Shown here piece after piece: positions 47,377 to 56,547 of a stretch of DNA of 64,000 bases. Source of the DNA: Candidatus Pacearchaeota archaeon. Lineage in GTDB: Archaea > Nanobdellota > Nanobdellia > Pacearchaeales > GW2011-AR1. Numbering within the stretch: the stretch's first letter is position 1; every line of letters starts with the position of its first letter. The stretch is taken from the NCBI GenBank assembly GCA_017609205.1, contig JAFCEL010000001.1, positions 439,224 through 503,223 on the forward strand, written 5' to 3'. Both the position numbers and the translations under genes were made by a program. Under the pieces are notes generated by a model that made no database searches, was not told where the DNA came from, and saw only the letters and a program-made list of their open reading frames with translations.

Positions 47377-49875
47377 TTAGTAAATGTCTAGTTTTTCACT
47401 TTTCTCTATTTCTTCTTGTGATTTGAACTCTGGTTCTTCTTCTTTTTTATTTTCCTTGGTGAATTCCTTTTTTGATTCTTCATTGTTTTCTAATATATTA
47501 TCTGCTTTTTGAGTAAATTTTTCTCTTAGTTGATTGTCTTTTGGTTTTTCTTCGGATTTTTTTTCATATTCTTCTTTGATATGTTCTTTTTTAGTAGAAC
47601 TCTTCTCGAGTTCTGCGATATACTCTGATATTTCTTGTGCTACATCTGCATTAACGCTTATACTATCTATTCTTTTACTGACGAGAAATTTAACCATTTC
47701 TTTTTTGCTTGCTGCCTGTCCACATATACTTGTCTGCACCTTATTTCTTCTGCATACTCTAATCACGAATTCCATTTGATACAGGATTGATGGGTGCATT
47801 TCATCATATAAATATTGAACCTTTTCGTTACCTCTATCAATTGCTAACATATATTGTGTAAGGTCATTTGTTCCAAAGGATATAAAGTCTATACCTTCTT
47901 CGCACAGATTTTTTATTATTTGGATTGCTGCAGGGGTTTCGATCATCACACCTATTTTAGCTTCTTTGAACTCAATTTCTTTTAGAATCTTTTTAACTTC
48001 CTTAATTTCCTCTACGAGAATTACTTGTGGAAGAAGAATCCCTATTTTTTTTCCTGTTTGCGAAATTTTTTTTAGAGCATTTAATTCAGCTTTCAGGATT
48101 TCAGGATTCTTCAGGCTGTATCTTATTCCATGCATGCCAAGCATAGGGTTTGCTTCAACTTCTTTTGGAGAGCCTTCAAGATTTCGGTATTCATCACTTC
48201 TTATGTCTGATGTTCTTACCCAGATTTCTTCAAAATATTTTGCAATGCCTGAAACTCCTTTAAAGATTATTTGTTCATAGTCAGATATCTTTTTTTGCTT
48301 TAGAAAATACTCGGGATGCTTTCCGGATTCTGCAATTATTCCTTCTATTCTTGTTAATCCTACTTTCTTTATTCCTGTTCTTGATGCTCTCTCTGCAAAA
48401 CTTGGCAAATCAACAATTACTTTTATTTCTGTATTTGTTTTTACTTTTATTGGTTTAATTTCTTTTTTTTGTGTTTCTGCAATTTTTCCCTTGTATATTT
48501 TCCCATTATAACCGTCGACAGTTATAATTTCCCCTTCTTTTAATTTTGTTGTTGCCTCTTGTGTTCCAACCACACAAGGGATTCCCATTTCCCTTGAAAC
48601 TATTGCTGCGTGAGCAGTCAGGCCTCCTTCATCAGTCACAATTGCAGAAGATTTCTGCATTGTTACCACCATATCAGGATTTGTCATCTTTGTTACAAGG
48701 ATATCTCCTTTTCCAACCTTCTGCAGGTCCTTTAATTCCTCTACAATTCTTATTTTTCCTGAGGCTATTCCTGGAGATGCTGCAAGTCCTGTTAGAATGA
48801 CTTCTCCTTCAAGCTCTTCAGATTTTATTTCTATTCTTTTTTCTATTGTGGTTATTGGTCTTGTTTGGACAATATAGATATCTTCTCCTTCAATTGCAAA
48901 CTCAATATCCTGTGGTTTTTGATAATGTTCCTCTAATATGGTTGCATATTCTACTAGCCTGTAAATTTCGTCTGGCTTTAAGACTTGTTTTTTAGATATT
49001 TCTTCTTTAAGTTTGATAATTTGTTTTTTTCCTGCTGAATTTCTTGTAATTGCTATTTTTTTATCAGCGATTTTTGTTTCTATTATCTTATTTTTTGAGA
49101 TAATATATTTGTCAGGAGTTATTTTTCCTGAAACAATTCCTTCCCCTAGCCCCCATACAGCTTCGATAATTGTATTTTCATTTTTATAGGAAGGGTCTTT
49201 TGAAAATATTACGCCTGATTTATCAGAATCAACCATCTTCTGCACTACAACAGCTAGACTAACTTTGCTATGATCAAATCCTTTCTTGTTTCTGTAGTAA
49301 GTTGCTCTTGATGTGTAGAGTGAAGCAAAACATTTTTTTATGTGTTCTAATAATTCCTTGTTCCCTTTTATGTTTAGATAACTATCTTGTTGTCCTGCAA
49401 AACTCGCATCTTCAAGGTCTTCTGCTGTTGCTGAACTCCTCACAGCGACAAAGATTGGTTCTGACGAGTTTTTCAAAATGTCAAGTGCAGAACCCTTTGC
49501 ATTTTCAATTCCCCTTGTATCAAGGCTCTCGTAAGATTCAATTATCTCTTCCTCCATTTCTTTTGGAAATTTAGAATTAACTATCATCTTTCTTATTTTT
49601 CCTGTAACTTCATCTAATTCTTTTGTTTTTTCATAATTAATTGTGCTTAGAAGTTTGCTTATTTCTTCTTTTAATCCTGCTTTTTTTATGAAATAATCAT
49701 AAGCTTGGGCAGTAACAACAAATCCGGGAGGAACTGGAATTTTAAGATTATAAATTTCTGCGAGATTTGCACCTTTTCCTCCTGCAATTTTTCCAGAATC
49801 TTTATTTAATTCAGAGAACCATTTTACAAAATCAACCCCTTCTTTTTCTTTCATAGGTAATAAAATCAAAGCCAA
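47377..49875 (-). CDS. ppsA: phosphoenolpyruvate synthase / PEP-utilising enzyme with ~80-aa Lys/Glu-rich C-terminal tail
   Basis: GGLTAHAAIVSREMGIPCVVG (phospho-His domain) and FISFGTNDLTQY (PEP-utilisers C-terminal signature). Confidence 0.85.
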   Translation of the reverse strand: MALILLPMKEKEGVDFVKWFSELNKDSGKIAGGKGANLAEIYNLKIPVPPGFVVTAQAYDYFIKKAGLKEEISKLLSTINYEKTKELDEVTGKIRKMIVNSKFPKEMEEEIIESYESLDTRGIENAKGSALDILKNSSEPIFVAVRSSATAEDLEDASFAGQQDSYLNIKGNKELLEHIKKCFASLYTSRATYYRNKKGFDHSKVSLAVVVQKMVDSDKSGVIFSKDPSYKNENTIIEAVWGLGEGIVSGKITPDKYIISKNKIIETKIADKKIAITRNSAGKKQIIKLKEEISKKQVLKPDEIYRLVEYATILEEHYQKPQDIEFAIEGEDIYIVQTRPITTIEKRIEIKSEELEGEVILTGLAASPGIASGKIRIVEELKDLQKVGKGDILVTKMTNPDMVVTMQKSSAIVTDEGGLTAHAAIVSREMGIPCVVGTQEATTKLKEGEIITVDGYNGKIYKGKIAETQKKEIKPIKVKTNTEIKVIVDLPSFAERASRTGIKKVGLTRIEGIIAESGKHPEYFLKQKKISDYEQIIFKGVSGIAKYFEEIWVRTSDIRSDEYRNLEGSPKEVEANPMLGMHGIRYSLKNPEILKAELNALKKISQTGKKIGILLPQVILVEEIKEVKKILKEIEFKEAKIGVMIETPAAIQIIKNLCEEGIDFISFGTNDLTQYMLAIDRGNEKVQYLYDEMHPSILYQMEFVIRVCRRNKVQTSICGQAASKKEMVKFLVSKRIDSISVNADVAQEISEYIAELEKSSTKKEHIKEEYEKKSEEKPKDNQLREKFTQKADNILENNEESKKEFTKENKKEEEPEFKSQEEIEKSEKLDIY

Positions 49876-49888
49876 TTAATAAAGGTTT

Positions 49889-50059
49889 TTATTCAATTAT
49901 AGCTTCGCCAGGACAGGATTCTGCAACTTCCTTGGCACAAGGGGTGTTTTTTTGAGAGATTACTTTTGCTTTTCCATTCTCATCCATTTCAAAAACATCT
50001 GGGCACATTGAGACACACATCCCACAGCCAAGACATTTTTCCTTGTCTATTTTTACCAT
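49889..50059 (-). CDS. fdx: 4Fe-4S ferredoxin (56 aa; below the ORF-track cutoff)
   Basis: Hand translation MVKIDKEKCLGCGMCVSMCPDVFEMDENGKAKVISQKNTPCAKEVAESCPGEAIIE carries a C-x2-C-x2-C...CP motif. Confidence 0.6.
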   Translation of the reverse strand: MVKIDKEKCLGCGMCVSMCPDVFEMDENGKAKVISQKNTPCAKEVAESCPGEAIIE

Positions 50060-50099
50060 TTTTTTCTTATTCAGTTAAGTTTATAAATTTCTCTGTAGT

Positions 50100-50657
50100 T
50101 TGTTTAATATGTTGTTATGGTTATTGCTTGGAGTTGCTGGTTTTATTCTCTTGGTGATTTTCTATTATTATAATAAATTCGCGGTTTTGTCAAATAGGAT
50201 TGATAATTCTCTTTCACAGATTAATGTTCAATTAAAAAGGCGTGCCGACTTAATTCCCAATTTAGTGGAATCTGTCAAAGGTTTTATGAAGCATGAGAGA
50301 GCAGCAATTAAGGCAGTTACTGATGCTAGGAAGACTTTAGTTGGTGCAAGGGATATTGTTGGAAAAGTAAAAGCAGATAATGTTCTAGAAAATGCTTTAA
50401 GTAGGCTTTTTGCAATTGCAGAGGGTTATCCTGATTTAAAAGCGAATACAAACTTCTTGGAGCTTCAAAGGGAATTATCATCTACAGAAGATAGGATTGC
50501 TTATGCTCGTCAGTTTTATAATGATTCTATCTTGAGTTATAATAACCTATGTACAACTTTTCCTGGGAGATTCTTCTCTAAGTTATTTCACAGGCAATTA
50601 AAGGACTATCTAGAGATTACTGAAAAGGAGAAGAAACTTGTGAAAGTTGAATTTTAA
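50100..50657 (+). CDS. lemA: LemA family protein
   Basis: N-terminal TM followed by ...NRIDNSLSQINVQLKRRADLIPNLVE.... Confidence 0.8.
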   Translation: MFNMLLWLLLGVAGFILLVIFYYYNKFAVLSNRIDNSLSQINVQLKRRADLIPNLVESVKGFMKHERAAIKAVTDARKTLVGARDIVGKVKADNVLENALSRLFAIAEGYPDLKANTNFLELQRELSSTEDRIAYARQFYNDSILSYNNLCTTFPGRFFSKLFHRQLKDYLEITEKEKKLVKVEF

Positions 50658-50748
50658 AATCTACTTTTTGCACCCATAAAATATTTAAACTATGAGACTT
50701 TATTTTTCTGAATGAATGAAAGGAGATTAGTTATTTTTTTATTGCAAA

Positions 50749-50988
50749 ATGATTCCTTTTGACATTAAGCATTATATAAATCCTCTTCATGTTTATTGTA
50801 GATTAAGGGATGTTGGTTTTAGCAAGAAAAGTGCTTGTTCTTTCTGTCGCTTTTATGAAAAAAATATCTTCAATGGCAATGGTGGCTCTCGTTTGTCAAA
50901 AGCGATTTCTTATTCTAGAGAAGTTCCCTCAAAACTCTTAAAAAGTCTTAGGTCTTTGTCTGATGATGCAGAGGATAGATTTTCGTGA
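50749..50988 (+). CDS. hypothetical small Cys-containing ORF between lemA and htpX
   Basis: ORF only. Its end overlaps the predicted htpX start. Confidence 0.25.
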   Translation: MIPFDIKHYINPLHVYCRLRDVGFSKKSACSFCRFYEKNIFNGNGGSRLSKAISYSREVPSKLLKSLRSLSDDAEDRFS

Positions 50989-51841
50989 TCAGATATCCAA
51001 AAATAAGCGAAATTCTTTTCTTCTTATAATTATTATATTTGCTATTTTTGTTTTATTTGGTTATGTAATCTCATTTGCATTTGACCCTGGTTGGTTTTTT
51101 GTTATAATGATTATTTCAATCATTTTCTCTTTGAGTTATATTTTGATTAGTTATTATAAATCTGATAAAATAGCTATTATGTCTGTTAGAGCGAAGAGAG
51201 CATCGAGGGAAAAATATAAGCAGTATTATGATCTTGTTGAAGGGTTGACTATTGCGTCTGGTTTGCCTATGCCAAAACTTTATGTAATGAATTCATCACA
51301 GATTAATGCTTTTGCTTCTGGGAGAAATCCTGAGAATGCAGTTGTATGTGTAACGACAGGTGCACTGGAGAAATTAGAGAAAAGAGAACTTGAAGGAGTT
51401 TTGGCACATGAGCTTGGGCATATAAGAAATTATGATATTCGCTATATGACTTTGGTGACTGTTATGGTAGGGATGATTGCAATAGTTTCTGAGATTTTCT
51501 TGAGGAGTTTGTGGTTTAGAAGTGGAGATAATGATAACAGAAACGGAATTTTTATTCTGATTGGAATTGCTATGGCCATTCTTGCTCCAATTGCTGTTTA
51601 TTTTGTGCAAATGGCTATCTCTCGTAAAAGAGAATATAGCGCTGATGCAACTGCTGTTAAATTCACAAGGTATCCGAATGGTTTAATAAAGGCATTGAAA
51701 AAAATTAAAGATGAGCATTCTCCTCCAGAGAAAAAAGTCAGCAAAGCACTCGCGCCTTTATTCTTTTCAAACCCTCTGAAGAATCTAGCATCAACCCATC
51801 CTCCGATTGAAAAAAGGATTGAAGCTTTAGAGAGAATGTGA
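50963..51841 (+). CDS. htpX: HtpX-like M48 zinc metalloprotease
   Basis: HEXXH motif VLAHELGHIRNYD with TM segments. It is paired with lemA. Confidence 0.8.
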   Translation: MMQRIDFRDQISKNKRNSFLLIIIIFAIFVLFGYVISFAFDPGWFFVIMIISIIFSLSYILISYYKSDKIAIMSVRAKRASREKYKQYYDLVEGLTIASGLPMPKLYVMNSSQINAFASGRNPENAVVCVTTGALEKLEKRELEGVLAHELGHIRNYDIRYMTLVTVMVGMIAIVSEIFLRSLWFRSGDNDNRNGIFILIGIAMAILAPIAVYFVQMAISRKREYSADATAVKFTRYPNGLIKALKKIKDEHSPPEKKVSKALAPLFFSNPLKNLASTHPPIEKRIEALERM

Positions 51842-51872
51842 AATTTTAAAAACTCTTTTTATTTATGATTTA

Positions 51873-52721
51873 ATGAGCGTTATTAGAGGAGGGCTACTTG
51901 TTATTGCGAGTGTTTTGATTTTTATCGGCTTTTTATTGATGAACAGTTTGCTTGTTGTGAGCAATTCTCTTGAATATAAAAATATCCAGAATGAATTAGT
52001 TCCTGTTGTTATAGATTTTATTGGTGAGCGAGTTAATCTATCTAATGTTGTTGATGCAAAGTTTCCTTTGATGAAAGAATATTGCGAGAACAATTCTGAA
52101 TTTGTTTTTAATGAAAAAGAGTTTACTTTTGAGGTTTCATGTGATTCAATTGAGCAAGGTTCTGAAGCAATTATTGAGGAGATTATAAGAGACTTTGTTG
52201 ATGATATTTATTATAGGGATTATGATTGTGGATTTATAGATTGCTTTAACAATGGAGAGGATATTCCTTATTTTTTAATCTCAGAAAACACGAAAAATTA
52301 TTTTGAGAATAAATTTTACTTTATCCTATCTTTGCTGTTTGTAATGGCGGTGATTATGTTTTTTCTTATTGAGAATAAAACTAATTTTCCTATTCTTCTT
52401 GGTTCTCTTTTGATTGTATCCTCTTTTCCTTTTATGAAGCTTAATAATTTAATCTCTTTTTTTGCAGAGAAGTCTTTTCTTAATTTCTTTACTTTTCTTT
52501 TTACAGAATCTTATTCTGTAGCAATTAAGGTTTTAATCTTTGGAGTTTTTTTATTACTCTTAGGAATTGTTTTAAAATTCTTTAAGATAGGATTCTGGGT
52601 TTCTGATTTTATCTCGAGATTTTCTAAAAGACAGAGAAGGGGAAGTGCACCCAACCCAAATGGTTCAAACAAAACAGAAAAATTATCCTCAAGAAAGATA
52701 TCAAGTACGTCTGGTAAGTAA
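51873..52721 (+). CDS. hypothetical multi-TM membrane protein
   Basis: N-terminal TM, a Cys-containing extracytoplasmic region, C-terminal TMs and a basic tail. Confidence 0.45.
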   Translation: MSVIRGGLLVIASVLIFIGFLLMNSLLVVSNSLEYKNIQNELVPVVIDFIGERVNLSNVVDAKFPLMKEYCENNSEFVFNEKEFTFEVSCDSIEQGSEAIIEEIIRDFVDDIYYRDYDCGFIDCFNNGEDIPYFLISENTKNYFENKFYFILSLLFVMAVIMFFLIENKTNFPILLGSLLIVSSFPFMKLNNLISFFAEKSFLNFFTFLFTESYSVAIKVLIFGVFLLLLGIVLKFFKIGFWVSDFISRFSKRQRRGSAPNPNGSNKTEKLSSRKISSTSGK

Positions 52722-52729
52722 TCTTGTAT

Positions 52730-53041
52730 TTAGCCGATATTTGGTTGTTCACAAGTAATTTCATTTCCTTTTTCTCCTCGAGGATCCTCCCAGTTCTGTG
52801 GATGGTTAACTGAAAAGCCTGTCGCTTTTATTTTCGCTATTTTATTGCCTTGACAATAGATTTCATAGTCTTCACAATAAATCTCTCCAGACTCTGTTTT
52901 ATTGCAGATTGCTTTTGTATAAGAGTAATTCATCTCCCTCTCAATTGTTCGTCCTGTTAGAACTTGTTTTGAAAAGTAAAATACCCCTATGCTTACTAAG
53001 ATAAGCAGGCCTAAAATAAAAAGACTTTTTTTAGTATTCAT
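52730..53041 (-). CDS. small secreted Cys-rich protein
   Basis: Start MNTKKSLFILGLLILVSIGV. The mature part has 6 Cys. Confidence 0.4.
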   Translation of the reverse strand: MNTKKSLFILGLLILVSIGVFYFSKQVLTGRTIEREMNYSYTKAICNKTESGEIYCEDYEIYCQGNKIAKIKATGFSVNHPQNWEDPRGEKGNEITCEQPNIG

Positions 53042-53090
53042 TTTCTTTAAGTTTACAAAAGTATAAAAAGTTTCTTCATAGACTTTTTTT

Positions 53091-53927
53091 ATGAAAAACA
53101 AATGTATTGTTCTCTTTTCTGGTGGGTTGGATAGCCGTCTTGCTGTGAAAATTATGCAGGAGAGAGGGTTTGAAGTAGAGGCTTTGCATTTTAATCTTCC
53201 TTTTGGTTGTGGTTGTTGTGATTTCGGATGTAATTTTAATTTTACTCAAAAATCAGATGTGAAATTTAGCATTCTTGATTGTACACATGGGAAATTATTG
53301 AAGGAATATTTAGGGGTTTTGAAGGGGGGAAAGCATGGACGTGGAGCAGGATTTAATCCCTGTATTGATTGTAAGATTTTTATGTTTAAAAAAGCCAAGG
53401 AGTATGCTAATAAAAGAGGGATAGATATTATTGCAACGGGAGAAGTTCTAGGGCAAAGGCCAATGAGCCAGACGCCCAGAGCGATGAAGATTATTGATAA
53501 GGAAATAGGGTTTGAATTAACACGCCCTTTGATTGAACTTGGTATTTGTGGGAGAAATAGAAAAAAACAGATAGAATTAGCAGAGAAATATGGAATAAAA
53601 TATCCTACTCCTGCAGGAGGTTGTTTACTTTGTGAAAAACAGCTTAAAAAGAGATTTGAGATTCTTATAAAAAATGATTTAATCAATGAAATAACCTTGC
53701 CTCTGGTAAATATTGGCAGGCATTTTTTTAAAGATAATTGTTGGTTTGTCGTTGGGAGGGATAAGAGTGAGAATAAGATAATAGAGAAATTTGAAAACTG
53801 TATTAAGTCAGGAAAAGGAAAACCTGCTGTTTATTATTTCAAGAAGGAAGGAGAGATATTTGCAAAGGAATTACAAGAAGATTATAAGAAAGGAGGGAAA
53901 AAGAAATTTAGTAATGAGAAAATATAA
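53091..53927 (+). CDS. ThiI-like PP-loop ATPase lacking the THUMP domain (tRNA sulfurtransferase-like)
   Basis: SGGLDS PP-loop, EALHF, NPCIDCKIFMFKKA and GEVLGQRPMSQT...TRPL motifs. Confidence 0.65.
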   Translation: MKNKCIVLFSGGLDSRLAVKIMQERGFEVEALHFNLPFGCGCCDFGCNFNFTQKSDVKFSILDCTHGKLLKEYLGVLKGGKHGRGAGFNPCIDCKIFMFKKAKEYANKRGIDIIATGEVLGQRPMSQTPRAMKIIDKEIGFELTRPLIELGICGRNRKKQIELAEKYGIKYPTPAGGCLLCEKQLKKRFEILIKNDLINEITLPLVNIGRHFFKDNCWFVVGRDKSENKIIEKFENCIKSGKGKPAVYYFKKEGEIFAKELQEDYKKGGKKKFSNEKI

Positions 53928-54495
53928 AATGTGCTATAAATGTCAATTAAAACCTGTTTATGAATTTACTAATAAGCGAAGAGTTTGCAAGACCTGTTAT
54001 ATTCGGTGGTTTGAGAAAAAAGTTCTTTATACAATCAGAAAATTTAATCTTCTGAAGAAAGGGGATATTGTTGGATATTCTCAGAAGAATGATTTCCGTT
54101 CTGTTGTTCTTGAGGCTATTTTAAAGATGCTGGCAAAGAATGGCAGGATTGAAGTTATGAAGCTGGATTCTTCTTTGGTTCATAAAAAGGAAGGTGGATT
54201 GAAAATCACGAAACTTGCAGTGCCTTCTACAACAGATTTAGAATCTTATCAGGTTGTTTCTGAGATTCTTTATGGAGATATTGAAAATCTTAATAGATTA
54301 AAGCCTCTTGATAAAAAGACTATTAAACCTCTTTATTTGTTTCTTGATAAGGAAGTTGAACTTTATGCTAATTTAAGAGGTTTGGATTTTAAGAGATATA
54401 AGAAGCAAAAGGATAAGGTTTCTAGTTTTATTGATGAGCTTGAGAAAAGTCATCCTGAAATTAAGAGAAGCATAATCAATGGATTGTTTGAATAA
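53914..54495 (+). CDS. TtuA/Ncs6-like protein with N-terminal Zn ribbon and degenerate PP-loop
   Basis: CYKCQ...CKTCY ribbon, then KKGDIVGYSQKNDFRS where SGGKDS is expected. Overlaps the preceding ORF by 14 nt. Confidence 0.4.
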   Translation: MRKYKMCYKCQLKPVYEFTNKRRVCKTCYIRWFEKKVLYTIRKFNLLKKGDIVGYSQKNDFRSVVLEAILKMLAKNGRIEVMKLDSSLVHKKEGGLKITKLAVPSTTDLESYQVVSEILYGDIENLNRLKPLDKKTIKPLYLFLDKEVELYANLRGLDFKRYKKQKDKVSSFIDELEKSHPEIKRSIINGLFE

Positions 54496-56490
54496 CTAAT
54501 TTCCACCTTCAATTCTTTTTAGGAAATTACTAATGAATTTTTTATTTCCTTCTCTATCTTTTATTTCTTTGATAGTATAAACAGTCAAGTCTTCTTCGCC
54601 GTGTTTTTCCAATTTAATATTTGCAGGAACTTTTTCTTTTATTTTTTCACTTAGCATGATTTTTTTATCTGACATTGATGCTATTTTTTTTGAGTTTGTT
54701 ATCAAAGTTCCCATACTCATAAATTTGAGTGAATCTTTTTCTTGCTGGGCGATTATTGTTCCGTAATTAATGGATATCCCAAAGTCTATCTTTTGCTTAA
54801 ATAATTTATTGTGCTCTTTGAGAATATCTTCTATTTGTTGGGAGAATTTTATAGCTTTTTCCTCGTTTTTGAATGTTTTTGTTATTGACGGAATGAATAA
54901 GAAGAACATGAAGTTGTTACTTTCGTAAATATAAATTTTATTTTCTTCTGCGAGATTTACTATCTTTTGTAGTGTTTCTTCTGTTTGATCTTTTTTTGAC
55001 TCTATTTCTTTTAAGTTTTTGATGTTGAGGCACACGAGGTTTATTGTTTGTTTGTTTCCTTTTATTGAAAGAGACAATTCTGCTTTGTTTCTTGTTTTTA
55101 ATAGAGATTCTTTTCTTAGAGCTATTTTTGGTTTTACTTGTTCTTTTTTTCGAGTAATATAAGCAAAGAAAGTTTTGTTATAACCCTTTCTGAAAATAAT
55201 GAATGCGAAAAATCCTAGGACTGCTATAAGAAATATCCACGATATCGGATGTTGAATTACTTTTACCATTCCTGAAGATGGTTCTCTAATTCCTACTGCT
55301 TTACCTGTCAGAAGAACCCCTTCTTTAACTTGGCTTTCTCCTTCTGTTATTATCTCAACAGTGTATTTTCCATCTGGAGCAGTAAGAATGTATTTTATTT
55401 CTTCGTCTATTCCCAAGTCTACACTTATATTAAATGTTGAATTTTCTATTTTTATTAGTACAGTGTCGTTGTAGGGAACATTCCCAATATTTGTTATTGT
55501 TAGGGTTTTGTTGATTATTTCTGTTTTGACATCTGCTTTTTGAACTATTTCAAAGGATGATTCTGCAGTAAGATTATTAGAGCCTGCAGTTATGGTCCAT
55601 TCTGCTGGTGGCTCTTTATAGAGTATAGGAATCTCGAGGTATTCGTCTGTAGGAATCTCTGATTTTTTGATTACTGACCCTTGATTGTTTGTTATAGTTA
55701 TCAGTGAAGTTGAGGGGATTTTTTCTCCTGTTTGGTCATGTAGGATTGTTTTTATCTTTGCATTTGTTCCGGGTTCTATTGTCTTATTTTCTAATAATAT
55801 CTCAAGACTCGTTGGAACTTGAGTTATTTTTATGTTATAATTTGCAAATCCTTCATTAGTTATTTCACCCTTTAGATCTTTTTCAAAGACGTCTATTTTT
55901 ACTAAATACTGATCTGCTTTTGTTTCTTTTGGCATAGAGAAGGTTATGTATCCGTAGCCATTATTTACTAATTCAATAATATTGAGATTTTCTGTAAGAT
56001 TTCCTCCTTCAATAGAAACATTCACGAACCCCTCTACGAGTTGATTGTTCTCTTTAATTGCCTCAAATTCAATTGCTATTTCTTCTTCAGGTGCGAATTC
56101 TTTTTGCTCTGTTTTTAGATTTATTTTTATATTGTCAGAGATTTTGAATTCATCAGTTAGCTTTGTTTCTTCTCCAAGGGTTGCCTTGATTTTACATGTT
56201 CCTGTTGAGCGTCCTAGAAATTCTTTTTTTAAGGGGATTGAGGGCTCTCTTGAAATTTCTTCGCCTGAGGATAGGATAATATTTTCAAAATAAGCAAGTG
56301 TTTCTTTGCCATTACAGATTAAGTTTATCTCTAGAGATTCACTAATAGCTTCAAGAGTTTTTACTTTTATTGGAAGTATTATTCTGTCTCCAAGATTGTA
56401 AATGTTGTCTGGTTGTTTAACTATAATTATCTCTGCAGATGCGAAAGAAATCATTGATAAGAGTATTAGTATAGTTAATATCTTCCTCAT
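54496..56490 (-). CDS. surface (glyco)protein: signal peptide, large beta-rich ectodomain, single TM, ~230-aa cytoplasmic tail with degenerate nucleotidyl-cyclase-like pattern
   Basis: Signal MRKILTILILLSMISFASA, many N-x-S/T sequons and TM ISWIFLIAVLGFFAFIIF. The tail pattern KIDFGISINYGTIIA...MGTLITNSKKIAS is read as class III cyclase-like. Confidence 0.55.
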   Translation of the reverse strand: MRKILTILILLSMISFASAEIIIVKQPDNIYNLGDRIILPIKVKTLEAISESLEINLICNGKETLAYFENIILSSGEEISREPSIPLKKEFLGRSTGTCKIKATLGEETKLTDEFKISDNIKINLKTEQKEFAPEEEIAIEFEAIKENNQLVEGFVNVSIEGGNLTENLNIIELVNNGYGYITFSMPKETKADQYLVKIDVFEKDLKGEITNEGFANYNIKITQVPTSLEILLENKTIEPGTNAKIKTILHDQTGEKIPSTSLITITNNQGSVIKKSEIPTDEYLEIPILYKEPPAEWTITAGSNNLTAESSFEIVQKADVKTEIINKTLTITNIGNVPYNDTVLIKIENSTFNISVDLGIDEEIKYILTAPDGKYTVEIITEGESQVKEGVLLTGKAVGIREPSSGMVKVIQHPISWIFLIAVLGFFAFIIFRKGYNKTFFAYITRKKEQVKPKIALRKESLLKTRNKAELSLSIKGNKQTINLVCLNIKNLKEIESKKDQTEETLQKIVNLAEENKIYIYESNNFMFFLFIPSITKTFKNEEKAIKFSQQIEDILKEHNKLFKQKIDFGISINYGTIIAQQEKDSLKFMSMGTLITNSKKIASMSDKKIMLSEKIKEKVPANIKLEKHGEEDLTVYTIKEIKDREGNKKFISNFLKRIEGGN

Positions 56491-56547
56491 TTGTTTATGA
56501 TGTAATTTATATTTATAAATATTTGTTAGGAATGTTTAAAAATATGT

